From an uncultured Gammaproteobacteria bacterium (lineage in GTDB: Bacteria; Patescibacteriota; Microgenomatia; Levybacterales; UBA12049), in the NCBI GenBank assembly GCA_964637955.1, contig CAZWXQ010000005.1:18993-82992 (forward strand): DNA of 64,000 bases. Direction: 5' to 3'. This document shows, piece after piece, positions 17,321 to 26,731 of the stretch; positions within the stretch are counted from its first letter, which is position 1; each line of letters starts with the position of its first letter. Made by a program: the position numbers and the translations under genes. Under the pieces are notes generated by a model that searched no databases, was not told the origin of the DNA, and worked only from the letters and a program-made list of their open reading frames with translations.

Positions 17321-20158
17321 ATGAGTGAAATACCAAATCCAGGCATTGCGGAATTTAAGGGAATAGAAAGAATTGCTGAATATGACAGAACAGGCAACAG
17401 CATTTATCTGGATCCTCAAGTTTTTAGCGAAATACGCCCATATAGACCGAGAGTCAGAGGAGTAACATATGAAGTTAATGCCTCAATTAGTGGAGTCTTA
17501 AGAGAAAGTCCCATCGTTGAATGGATTCAAGCAAATCCTGAAGGATTCATGTCGCATGCAGGAAGAGATGTGCATATAAGAAGAGCTCTAGCTACAATTG
17601 ATGATCTGACAGTATCGCTTCAGACAGGAGACCAAGATTCGCAAGATTTATATATGCAATCTCTTGCTGTGGGAGAAAAAATCTCTGAGCTGGATATTCT
17701 TGCAAGACCGTATATACCAAAATCATTATCAACACCTGAACCTGAAGATGAGATGGCTGAATCTCCTATTTCAACAGAAGTTATTTTGCCTAGCATTCAG
17801 ATGAAACGAAACTTTGATTGGAAAAGTGCGCTGATTAAATTATTTAGTAAACTTCCTGAAGGAGCGACTATACCTATCAAACCTATCAAAACTCCGAACA
17901 TTCCACGAATTCCTATTAGAACGCCTCAAGCGCCACAAGAACGTATAGATGATTCCGCCTCGCGAAAAAGAAGAAGAGTGAGGGAGATTGATGATTCCGA
18001 CCTTCCTTCAAGATCCTTTCTTCTCGACGATTTTTACATTGCAGGTAGGGAAAAACTTACTAACCCAAGAGGAAGAGGAAATACTGTTGTTAGAGTAAAA
18101 AATAGCAGAAGACCAATCGCCACAAATGGATTTGTAGTAACTAAAGTTTACAACAGATATGATCCCGAATCAGGACTCATGACGACAGATTCGGAAAAAA
18201 CTCGAATTAGATATTATGACATTGTGCATATAGATTCCACGAGCATCAGCGCCAATATAGGTGTTATTGATCCAATGAAATTTAAAACTATCGGTATACC
18301 TTTTTATGTTACTGACACAGATAATAGGACGTTTGAGCCTGACATAAAAGATAAACTTATAAATTTACAGATTGTAGGAAAAGACGGAGTCATAGTTGAA
18401 AAATATGATCTAGTAGAATATGTAGATGTAGATGGGCTTGGAAATTTAAGCCTATCACTTGAAGACATGCCTGATGAAGTAAGAAGAAAATTAACAGGTC
18501 AAAGTCTTACCATAAATGCTTTTTATAAAACCGGTTTCAATGAACGTACAAAAGTTCATCAGTCAGAACTTCTTGGTCCATTCTCCGAAGATGAAGATTT
18601 CAGATTAAATCTTTACCCCGAAGACATAGCAAATCTTATTAGAAGACTAAGAGAAGTTATAAAAGACGGAAGCGAAAGAGATCCATTTTCAATCCTCACT
18701 CAATATTTATCAGTGTGGGCTCTTGAATACGATATTAAAGATGCAGCAATAAGCAAGGATGATCCTGTGTCTTTTAATCAGACTGAAAGAGTTCTCGAAA
18801 GAAAATTAGCTTCATGTGAAGGTGCAAATATTGCGCTTGGACAATTAATGAGACATCTTATAAAGCCTGGTGAAGGAATTGCATTTGTGACAGGGTATCA
18901 ATTGGGTACAGGCGGCACTGCAGATGATATGAGTGGACATATGATGGTGATGTATGTAGATAAAAAAGGAAACAAAACTTATCTCGATGCTACTCCCTGG
19001 CTTCCCGAACAACGCAAAAGAGTTGAAAATGAAAGAAGAGCCGCTGTGCGAGCAAAAGAAGTCTGGTATAGAAGCACAAAGTATTTGAGAGAAAACCCCA
19101 ATTTTTTGAAAGAATTTAGATCCCTTAAAGAAAGAGCGCGTAATGCAACAACTAGATTATCTGACTCCTGGAACATAGGTGACTTGACCTATGAACTAGA
19201 ACAGGAATTGAGAGATTTTGGAATATATATAGCAAAGTTTAAACAAGAACCAGCTGTTTATTTTGAAGAACCTAAATTGATAGTTCCCCAACCAGATCCT
19301 AATGATCCAAAAGGTGCCGAAAGAACCCGTGAAAGAATTGGTCTTATTCCCGTTATAAGAAAGCATTTTAAAGTACCAGAAAGGATGAAAGCTTTTTGGC
19401 CTGAGAGCTATGATTATATTGATGGCACATTAGAAATCAAAATCCCTAATTATTATCGTGATTTTTATAGAGGATTTTATTACTCCAAGCCAAAAGATCC
19501 TAGCGCTTATTATATGGGAGACTCACCGGCGTCCAGCGAGGCAAGAGCAAGACGTGATTTGCTCTATAATGGCCGTATTCAAAGAAAAACTATTTCCGCA
19601 ATGACAAGAGTACTAGAGGCTTCTACGTATGCTTCTGCTCAAAATATTCAAGCATATGAAACTCTTGCAACTTTAGTCGAAGCGGAATATGAAAGACAAA
19701 AAAGAGCATTAATAGCATGTTTTGAATCAATTCCCGGAGGATTAGGGCAGGATTTGGACAACTTCTGGAACCAGATGCCTTTTATAAGACTTATTGATTC
19801 ACCGTTTCCTCATTTAACAGACTTTTTCACTAGGTCAATAGATTCAAGTTCTCTTGGACATCTTGTAACTTCATCCGGAAACATAGAGGAAGATTTTAAT
19901 TTAAGAATTTCAGAATGGAGAACTGAGATGGATAAGAGAATTGCATCATTTTATGAATTTATTCAATATGCTCCTAGAAAATCAAAAAGTCCAACAGTGG
20001 TAGAAGTTCCAAGTACATTTTTATGGAGGCAAATGAAAGATGTTAGACCAACTGAGCCTGAAGAAAGACCTGATATTGTTGATCCATTGGGTACGTTTGC
20101 GCTTCTGGCAAGACATATGGATGACTATAAATATCCCCATACGAGAATTAATAGATAA
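17321..20158 (+). CDS. large hypothetical protein (945 aa) with central transglutaminase-like cysteine-protease core
   Basis: Cys-His-Asp arrangement CEGANIALGQLMRHL...GIAFVTGY...GHMMVMYVDKKGNKTYLDATPW resembles TGc domain (C..FA.....G......HAW.EVY....W..DPT). Confidence 0.5.
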   Translation: MSEIPNPGIAEFKGIERIAEYDRTGNSIYLDPQVFSEIRPYRPRVRGVTYEVNASISGVLRESPIVEWIQANPEGFMSHAGRDVHIRRALATIDDLTVSLQTGDQDSQDLYMQSLAVGEKISELDILARPYIPKSLSTPEPEDEMAESPISTEVILPSIQMKRNFDWKSALIKLFSKLPEGATIPIKPIKTPNIPRIPIRTPQAPQERIDDSASRKRRRVREIDDSDLPSRSFLLDDFYIAGREKLTNPRGRGNTVVRVKNSRRPIATNGFVVTKVYNRYDPESGLMTTDSEKTRIRYYDIVHIDSTSISANIGVIDPMKFKTIGIPFYVTDTDNRTFEPDIKDKLINLQIVGKDGVIVEKYDLVEYVDVDGLGNLSLSLEDMPDEVRRKLTGQSLTINAFYKTGFNERTKVHQSELLGPFSEDEDFRLNLYPEDIANLIRRLREVIKDGSERDPFSILTQYLSVWALEYDIKDAAISKDDPVSFNQTERVLERKLASCEGANIALGQLMRHLIKPGEGIAFVTGYQLGTGGTADDMSGHMMVMYVDKKGNKTYLDATPWLPEQRKRVENERRAAVRAKEVWYRSTKYLRENPNFLKEFRSLKERARNATTRLSDSWNIGDLTYELEQELRDFGIYIAKFKQEPAVYFEEPKLIVPQPDPNDPKGAERTRERIGLIPVIRKHFKVPERMKAFWPESYDYIDGTLEIKIPNYYRDFYRGFYYSKPKDPSAYYMGDSPASSEARARRDLLYNGRIQRKTISAMTRVLEASTYASAQNIQAYETLATLVEAEYERQKRALIACFESIPGGLGQDLDNFWNQMPFIRLIDSPFPHLTDFFTRSIDSSSLGHLVTSSGNIEEDFNLRISEWRTEMDKRIASFYEFIQYAPRKSKSPTVVEVPSTFLWRQMKDVRPTEPEERPDIVDPLGTFALLARHMDDYKYPHTRINR

Positions 20159-20213
20159 GTATTTAAGGAACATAGGATTGTAAAAGAGGTTGATTTAAGG
20201 CTATAATTATAAA

Positions 20214-21257
20214 ATGCCCAGGATTAAAGAATTTACTTCAAAAATCTTTTTTCATATTAAAACTCATAAAAAGCTCTTATTAATTCCTCTAATTTTAATC
20301 CCAATTTTAGTTTATTTTTTATATCCTAAAAATAAAAAAGAGATAGCTACCCAAAAAGTAACTCAAGAAGACCTAGTTCAATCTATTTCTGCAAATGGAA
20401 CACTTGAATCAGAAAATTCCGTTAACTTATCATTTTTAGCTGGAGGAAAACTTGTTTACTTGCCTCATAAAGAAGGGGATTTTGTAAACAAGGGAGAGGT
20501 AATTGCAAATCTTGACCAAAGATCAGCGCAGAAAAATCTTCAAACTTCCCTTGCGACATTTGCACAACAAAGAAATACTTTTGACCAGACTAAAGAAAAT
20601 AATAAAGATAAGCCCGTTTCTGAAGCTCTGAAAAGAATCCTTGAAAATAACCAATACGACTTAGATAAAGCTTCAATTTCAGTAGATTTACTTAGCCTAG
20701 CAAAAGAACAATCTGTTTTGACTACTCCAATTTCAGGAATCTTAACTAGACAAGATGTAAAAGTACCAGGAGTAAATGTAACTTCAGCTACTATTTTTTC
20801 TGTAACTGATCCCGCTTCAATAATCTTTAAAATGGAAGTTGATGAAGCTGATGTAGGAAAAATAAAAGAAGGTCAGAATGTAAAGATATTTCTTGATTCA
20901 TATCCAGATGAAGAACTAAATATGACTATTGATCAAATCGATTTCGCAACTCATACTACGTCAACAGGCGGAGATGCATTTTACGTAAAAGGGAAACTTA
21001 CCTCAGACAATTCTGACTATAAATTTAGAGTTGGCATGAACGGTAGCGCTGAAATAATTACAAATAAAATTCCAAACGTAGTAGTAGTTCCAATCTCAAG
21101 TATATTTGAGGAAAACAAAGTTTATGTAAAAAAAGGCAAAAAATTTGAGAAAAGAGAAATAAAAGTTGGCGTTCAAAATGATCTAATTACGCAAGTAAAA
21201 GAAGGATTAAGTGTAGGAGAGGAAGTGGCAACAGATCCATCTCTTGTAAGTAAGTAA
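20214..21257 (+). CDS. HlyD/MacA-family periplasmic adaptor (membrane fusion protein)
   Basis: N-terminal TM, coiled-coil, beta-barrel region; in operon with ABC ATPase + FtsX permease. Confidence 0.6.
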   Translation: MPRIKEFTSKIFFHIKTHKKLLLIPLILIPILVYFLYPKNKKEIATQKVTQEDLVQSISANGTLESENSVNLSFLAGGKLVYLPHKEGDFVNKGEVIANLDQRSAQKNLQTSLATFAQQRNTFDQTKENNKDKPVSEALKRILENNQYDLDKASISVDLLSLAKEQSVLTTPISGILTRQDVKVPGVNVTSATIFSVTDPASIIFKMEVDEADVGKIKEGQNVKIFLDSYPDEELNMTIDQIDFATHTTSTGGDAFYVKGKLTSDNSDYKFRVGMNGSAEIITNKIPNVVVVPISSIFEENKVYVKKGKKFEKREIKVGVQNDLITQVKEGLSVGEEVATDPSLVSK

Positions 21258-21261
21258 CTGC

Positions 21262-21939
21262 ATGAAATCAGGACAATTAATAACTCTCAAAGAAGTTAAG
21301 AAAGACTATATTTCAGAAGAAATTGTAACTAGTGTTCTTCTTGGTGTTAATTTGAATGTAGAAAAGGGAGATTTTATTGCTATAACGGGAAAGTCCGGAA
21401 GCGGAAAATCAACTCTCATGAATATCTTAGGTCTTTTAGATATTCCCACTTCTGGCACATATATTCTAAATGGCACAGATGTAAGCAAAATGGCGGAGGA
21501 TGAACTTGCTAGAGTGAGAAACAAAGAAATTGGATTCATATTTCAATCATTCAATTTACTTAATAGATCAACTGCTCTTGAAAATGTCATTCTACCTTCG
21601 ATTTATGCAGGGCTTAAAGAAGATGAAAGAGTCAAGAGAGCAAAAGAATTATTAAAAAGCGTAGGACTAGAAGAAAAAGTAAATAATAGACCTAATCAGC
21701 TTTCAGGCGGTCAGCAGCAGCGTGTAGCAATTGCTAGATCTCTCATGAATAATCCCAATCTTATTCTTGCTGACGAGCCCACGGGAAACTTGGATACAAA
21801 ATCAGGAGACGATGTTATGAATATTTTAAAGAACTTAAATAAAGAAGGGAAAACTGTAGTCGTGATAACCCATGAACCCGATATAGCTAAACAAGCCAAA
21901 AAAATAATTCATATGTCTGAAGGTATTATTAAAAGCTAA
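21262..21939 (+). CDS. ABC transporter ATP-binding protein (MacB/LolD-type)
   Basis: Walker A GKSGSGKST, signature [15 protein letters not shown], Walker [13 protein letters not shown]-loop. Confidence 0.9.
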   Translation: MKSGQLITLKEVKKDYISEEIVTSVLLGVNLNVEKGDFIAITGKSGSGKSTLMNILGLLDIPTSGTYILNGTDVSKMAEDELARVRNKEIGFIFQSFNLLNRSTALENVILPSIYAGLKEDERVKRAKELLKSVGLEEKVNNRPNQLSGGQQQRVAIARSLMNNPNLILADEPTGNLDTKSGDDVMNILKNLNKEGKTVVVITHEPDIAKQAKKIIHMSEGIIKS

Positions 21940-23132
21940 TGGAATTTAAAGAACTTTTAAAAATTTCAGTAAAAGCAATCACGGCAAATAAACTTCGAAG
22001 TTTTTTAACTACACTTGGAATAATAATTGGCGTATTTGCAATTATCTTACTTGTTTCAATTGGAACTGGACTACAAGCATATATCACTAATCAAATCGCA
22101 GGACTCGGATCAAATCTAATTTTCGTGATTCCTGGAAAACTTGGAGGTGGAAGAACACCCGGCGGAGTAGTTACAAATAAAATCGTATACCAAGATGCGA
22201 AACTACTTTCTCAAAAACTCAGAGGACAAGCTCAAATTGCCCCAGTCGTTCAACAATCAAGCACAGTAAAATATAAAGGCGAAGTCACCAAAGGATCTTC
22301 AATCCTTGGAACATCTTCAAATTATGCAAAAATAGTCCAAAATACGAAACTAACAAGTGGAAACTTCTTTTCTTCTGGTCAAGAACAATCAGGAGCTAGA
22401 GTCGCTATAATCGGCACAACTCTTCAAGATAATCTTTTTAAAAACGCAAATCCCATAGGTAAAAGAATTTATATAGGAAACAATACTTACACGGTTATAG
22501 GTGTCCTTGAGAAAAAAGGCGCGCTTTTCGGAATAGATCAAGATAACACAGCTATAATTCCTTTTTCCGCAGCTCAAAAGCAGTTTGGATTGAATAATCT
22601 AAATGCAATCTATATTTCCGTAAATGATTCAGCTTCCATGAATAGAGTTCAAGAGCTAACTAAAAAGTCACTTTTGCAACGACTTACCGAAGATGATTTT
22701 ACAGTTCAAACAGCAGAGTCTACTTTAGATATAGTCAAAAACATAACGAATATTCTCTCGATTGCGCTTGGGGGAATTGCCGCAATTTCTCTGCTGGTTG
22801 GAGGGATTGGAGTTGCCAACATAATGTTGGTGTCAGTTACCGAAAGAACGCGTGAAATAGGCCTTAGAAAGGCACTAGGAGCTAAACGTAGCGACATATT
22901 AAAACAATTTTTACTCGAAGCTGTGATACTTTCGCTTCTTGGAGGAACAATCGGGATTATTTTAGGACTAGTAGCTTCCTACATTCTTTCAATATTTTTG
23001 GTTTCAAGCGTTACGCCGTTTTCGATATTCTTGGCTTTTGGATTCTCAGTTCTTATTGGAGTGGTTTTTGGAATGGCACCTGCTATAAGGGCATCTAAAT
23101 TGAATCCAATCGATGCCTTAAGATACGAATAA
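21939..23132 (+). CDS. ABC transporter permease, FtsX-like (MacB permease domain type)
   Basis: N-terminal TM, large periplasmic domain, C-terminal 3 TM with ERTREIGLRKALGA motif. Confidence 0.8.
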   Translation: MEFKELLKISVKAITANKLRSFLTTLGIIIGVFAIILLVSIGTGLQAYITNQIAGLGSNLIFVIPGKLGGGRTPGGVVTNKIVYQDAKLLSQKLRGQAQIAPVVQQSSTVKYKGEVTKGSSILGTSSNYAKIVQNTKLTSGNFFSSGQEQSGARVAIIGTTLQDNLFKNANPIGKRIYIGNNTYTVIGVLEKKGALFGIDQDNTAIIPFSAAQKQFGLNNLNAIYISVNDSASMNRVQELTKKSLLQRLTEDDFTVQTAESTLDIVKNITNILSIALGGIAAISLLVGGIGVANIMLVSVTERTREIGLRKALGAKRSDILKQFLLEAVILSLLGGTIGIILGLVASYILSIFLVSSVTPFSIFLAFGFSVLIGVVFGMAPAIRASKLNPIDALRYE

Positions 23133-23134
23133 AT

Positions 23135-23398
23135 TTAAGCGTTAATTAACCTCAATTTTCTAGTTTTTGACCAAGACTTAATATAAATTTCCCTAAGTAT
23201 TGCTTCTTTATGAGTTTCAAATGTTTCGGAATAAACTAACGTTACAGGAAGCCTAGTGCGAACATATTTCGCACCTTTTCCACTATTATGCTTGGCAATT
23301 CTACTTGGGATATCTACACTTATCCCTGTGTAAAGGGTGTCATCGCTGCATTTAACTATATATAAATACCAATTTTTATTCGCAATATCTTTAGGCAT
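23135..23398 (-). CDS. GIY-YIG nuclease family protein (about 88 aa, stand-alone)
   Basis: WYLYIVKCSDDTLYTGISVDIPSRIAKHN...KYVRTRLP..LVYSETFETHKEAILREIYIKSWSK; start trimmed to MPKD because ORF-track N-extension overlaps tRNA-Arg. Confidence 0.7.
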   Translation of the reverse strand: MPKDIANKNWYLYIVKCSDDTLYTGISVDIPSRIAKHNSGKGAKYVRTRLPVTLVYSETFETHKEAILREIYIKSWSKTRKLRLINA

Positions 23399-23422
23399 TT
23401 GTAAATGTAAGATATAAATCTG

Positions 23423-23495
23423 CACGCTCGAGAGGAATCGAACCCCCAACCCCTTCGTCCGAAGCGAAGTGCTCTATCCGTTGAGCTACGAGCGC
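23423..23495 (-). tRNA. tRNA-Arg (anticodon UCG), CCA not encoded
   Basis: Reverse complement folds as GCGCUCG-UA-GCUC-AACGGAUA-GAGC-A-CUUCG-CUUCGGA-CGAAG-GGGUU-GGGGG-UUCGAUU-CCUCU-CGAGCGU-G; 73 nt. Confidence 0.8.
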
Positions 23496-23581
23496 ATAAA
23501 TTCATTTTATCAAAACGAGCGCATTACCTCAATAACTGATCCTATAGTCATAATTTCGACTTTTTGATATAATTCGCTCTT

Positions 23582-24319
23582 ATGGAAAATAGAATAGAAA
23601 ACGGCTATTCAAATGTGGCTCCTCTGTTAGAGAGAATGTCACGGCATGAACTGAAAAAAGAAGTACCTGAACCTGTTCAGGTCGCCTGGAATAATCTATC
23701 AGTATCACTGCGAATTGGAGACTACTTATTAGATACGACATCTGACCCACTCACTAAAAGATCTGTGGTAATAGACGCAATGACTTACCTTTCTGGAGAT
23801 AATCCCGAGCTTCAGCATGGCAACGCAACATATCATAAACAAATGTCTGGCTTAAAAGATTACTTATCTACATTACCATTATCAAGATCAAGGCAATTTG
23901 GATTTGATTTTAGAAAATTAATTATTGCTTCAGGTCGAACAGCGTCTGCTCAAAGAGCTGATGAATTACTCAAAGCAAGATATCTTGAAGGGGTGCTTAC
24001 TACAAGACTATTTATGGATTTATTACCAGCAGAATATTCTGAAATACAAGGTTTTAGAAATTACAAAAAAACAATTTACAGGCTTGCCAGAATTGGAAAT
24101 GTTTTAGATTCACTGGTCGATTTTAATGATGACTATGCTTCCGGACAAACTCTTGTCACCCCCAGCTTTACTAATAAACTTAAATTAATAGTTGGAGCAA
24201 GTGGACAAGTAATAATTGTCCTTAAAGATATTAATAAAAGAATGCTTCCAGACTTAGCAACAGGTGTTGCGCAGGCATATTTTAGAAAAGGCTCTAATCA
24301 ACTTAATTTGGAAAAATAG
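23582..24319 (+). CDS. hypothetical protein (245 aa)
   Basis: Long ORF; weak Asp-rich segments but no confident family. Confidence 0.4.
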   Translation: MENRIENGYSNVAPLLERMSRHELKKEVPEPVQVAWNNLSVSLRIGDYLLDTTSDPLTKRSVVIDAMTYLSGDNPELQHGNATYHKQMSGLKDYLSTLPLSRSRQFGFDFRKLIIASGRTASAQRADELLKARYLEGVLTTRLFMDLLPAEYSEIQGFRNYKKTIYRLARIGNVLDSLVDFNDDYASGQTLVTPSFTNKLKLIVGASGQVIIVLKDINKRMLPDLATGVAQAYFRKGSNQLNLEK

Positions 24320-24386
24320 ATCAATCCGAAACAAGTTTTAGACCTATAGTTGACAATTCATAAATTATTTTCTATAATTCGCAACT

Positions 24387-25031
24387 ATGGAAAGATTTGG
24401 AGGAGAAAGAGGCCCTGAAGACAGTATAGAAAGAAGAGCTGAAGGACTTTCATTAGAAATTAATAGACTTTTGTCACTTTTAATAGAAAGTGGTCCTGAA
24501 CTTGATCCTTATTATAAAAAGCAGCTTAGAAATTATCTTCATCAGATACTTGGCATTTTTGACTTAGAAGAAAAGGGGGCCGAAGGTCTTCTTGAAGTAA
24601 GAAGGCGAATGGATCGCTCCTTCGATAAACTTCCAGTTTCAACATATTATCCATCTATTCAAGAGTTTCAGCAGGGACTTTTGGGTGTTGTAATGTCTTC
24701 AGAGAGTTCCGATCTTCCATTAATGCCAAGAGAAGTTTCAGCTACTCAACTTGCAAAAAATGCCCAGCATGATTGGCTAAGTATTGACGGAGGTGATTCA
24801 AGATACACTCTAGATTACCTGTATGAACTTGGTAAAGTTATGGTTTCAAGACCAGCTTATGAAGCGCTATTTCCAGAAACCGATAATATCACTGTGTATG
24901 ATGACTGGCAAATTGAAAATGGACCTCAAAGAGCATTGATTTTAAGAACACTTGGATCTTCATTTGTAGCCGAAAAGGGAATGGATGCATGGATAAAAGT
25001 TGATAATCTTGAATCAAATTTAGATTCTTAA
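24387..25031 (+). CDS. hypothetical protein (214 aa)
   Basis: Long ORF, no motif recognised. Confidence 0.4.
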   Translation: MERFGGERGPEDSIERRAEGLSLEINRLLSLLIESGPELDPYYKKQLRNYLHQILGIFDLEEKGAEGLLEVRRRMDRSFDKLPVSTYYPSIQEFQQGLLGVVMSSESSDLPLMPREVSATQLAKNAQHDWLSIDGGDSRYTLDYLYELGKVMVSRPAYEALFPETDNITVYDDWQIENGPQRALILRTLGSSFVAEKGMDAWIKVDNLESNLDS

Positions 25032-25040
25032 TAATTTATC

Positions 25041-25088
25041 TAAATTTGCAAAAATATATCAATCTGATACAATATTTATACAAGGCCT
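25041..25088 (+). promoter_or_regulatory. promoter module (TTGCAA-N16-TGnTACAAT) nearly identical to 32801..32848
   Basis: taaatttgcaaaaatatatcaatctgatacaatatttata vs taaatttgcaaagatatatcaatctggtacaatttttata. Confidence 0.45.
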
Positions 25089-25111
25089 TCGGAAATACTC
25101 TGAAATTACTT

Positions 25112-25705
25112 ATGGACTTTATCAAGAAAAAAACAAATAGCATAAAACACGGTGTAAAAGAATTTCATACGAAGAAACCACACTTAGAATTTTTTGCTGC
25201 AGCCCTCACTGTTCCTGTTTTAATCACAGTACTTCTACTAAATCTTAATAACTTAAAAGGGAACAAAGAACCAAAAATTGAAGAAGCAAGCAAAACACAA
25301 ACGATCGTAATTACTCAACCCTCAAGCAATCAAGCTGAAGCTAAAGAAAAAGAAGTTGTTGTAACTAAAGAAGCTTGCAAACCTGGAATTGGGAATGTAG
25401 AAATCTCAAGTCCCGAAGAAGGACAAAATATAACTGATAACCCTGTAGAAATAAACATTAATTATGATGCAAATGGATATTGCGCAGTTGTTTGGTCATA
25501 TAGAGTAAATGGGGGAGGCTGGTCATCTTATGACGATAGTGCTATTTCATTATATAACCTCGCAAACGGAAGCGTAAAACTTGAACTTAGAGTAAAAAGT
25601 GTAGTTGATTCTTCCCAGGAGAATCTAACTAGAAACTTTACTTATTCAGGAGCGTCAAATACACCCACTATTACTCCCACACTTACTCCAACACCTACGC
25701 TATAA
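25112..25705 (+). CDS. membrane-anchored secreted protein with Thr/Pro-rich C-terminal tail
   Basis: Basic N-terminus, one TM (FFAAALTVPVLITVLLLNL), C-terminal TPTITPTLTPTPTL; start moved to MDFIKKK because the ORF-track start lies inside the promoter. Confidence 0.5.
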   Translation: MDFIKKKTNSIKHGVKEFHTKKPHLEFFAAALTVPVLITVLLLNLNNLKGNKEPKIEEASKTQTIVITQPSSNQAEAKEKEVVVTKEACKPGIGNVEISSPEEGQNITDNPVEININYDANGYCAVVWSYRVNGGGWSSYDDSAISLYNLANGSVKLELRVKSVVDSSQENLTRNFTYSGASNTPTITPTLTPTPTL

Positions 25706-25789
25706 GCCGCAGCAATTCCATTTTTCAAAACGACGCAAATAACTAATTGGGGATTTATGGCGTGAGATAAAAGTCATATAATTATTCAA

Positions 25790-26731
25790 GTGATATTTAA
25801 CCGATCAAATTTACTTTCGTGGGCCAAATTTCTTATCGGCTGGCCCCTTGCTCTTCTTTCAATCGCTTTTGTTATTAAGTTTGTCGCCGACCAAAGCGAA
25901 GGAGTTACTTTTAGTCTTTCAGATATAAATTACTTTTATTTGGGCATAGGTATAGGTCTTTTTCTTTTGTATTACTTTCTAAGAACTTACATATGGAAAC
26001 TGCTGATTGAGAGCGATGGTAGTAAAGTTGATTTAGTAGAAAACACATATAGATTTGCGTTCTCTGAGCTTAAAAGATTTACTCCTGGAAACATTTGGTC
26101 CATCATAAGTCGTGCATCTTTATTTACGGATTTAGGTGTCGAAAAAAGATTGGTAGGAATTTCAATGATTGCAGACATTCAACTCGTTGTAATAGGGTGT
26201 TCTTTAGTTTCAGTTTTTGCAATTCCATTCATTCTTAATTCATCGAATGAACTCCACAGTAAACTTTATTCACTAATTCCTTTCTCAATCATCTTAATAA
26301 TAATTTATTTTGTTGTTATAGGAGTAATTTACAAAAAAAGATATGGGAAATCTGATGGAATTATAAAAAGTTTTTTTCTACCTGGATTCAAGAATAAAAT
26401 CAAACTTCAATCAACTGTACTTACATTCATAACTTACTTCATTTATGGATTAGGAAATTTCTTTGTTTTAATTTCGATCGCAAACACTAGCTTTGTAAAT
26501 TCTATAGCAATATCGGCATTTTTTACTTTTGCTCTTTTGGTAGGCTATCTTACATTTATTACACCTATGGGACTCGGAGTAAGGGAAATAATCGTAACTC
26601 TTGGCTTATCTGAAATTCTAAGCCCTGCTGATGCTGGAGCAGTATCTATTTTTTCAAGAATAATACTTATTCTTTCTGAGCTTTCATTTTTATGTTTTAT
26701 TTTTTTATGGAAAAAGAAAGCAATAAAATAA
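25790..26731 (+). CDS. polytopic membrane protein, flippase-like / LPG-synthase-TM-like (UPF0104-like)
   Basis: 8 predicted TM segments, 313 aa; family assignment tentative. Confidence 0.35.
   Translation: MIFNRSNLLSWAKFLIGWPLALLSIAFVIKFVADQSEGVTFSLSDINYFYLGIGIGLFLLYYFLRTYIWKLLIESDGSKVDLVENTYRFAFSELKRFTPGNIWSIISRASLFTDLGVEKRLVGISMIADIQLVVIGCSLVSVFAIPFILNSSNELHSKLYSLIPFSIILIIIYFVVIGVIYKKRYGKSDGIIKSFFLPGFKNKIKLQSTVLTFITYFIYGLGNFFVLISIANTSFVNSIAISAFFTFALLVGYLTFITPMGLGVREIIVTLGLSEILSPADAGAVSIFSRIILILSELSFLCFIFLWKKKAIK

Noticed and set aside
23399-23449. N-terminal extension of the GIY-YIG ORF to 23449
   Set aside because: It would overlap tRNA-Arg (23423..23495). The domain begins at the internal Met (23398), so the extension is discarded.
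17158-23495. Integrated mobile element or prophage bounded by the two tRNA genes
   Set aside because: No integrase, recombinase, transposase or phage structural genes. Intervening genes are a TGase-like protein and a MacAB-like exporter. Only mild GC elevation around 15.4-20.2 kb.
24320-24386. Isoprenoid/terpene-synthase identity of the 23582..24319 protein
   Set aside because: Asp-rich segments (GDYLLDTTSD, DFNDDYASGQ) do not match DDxxD or NSE/DTE spacing convincingly. Left as hypothetical.
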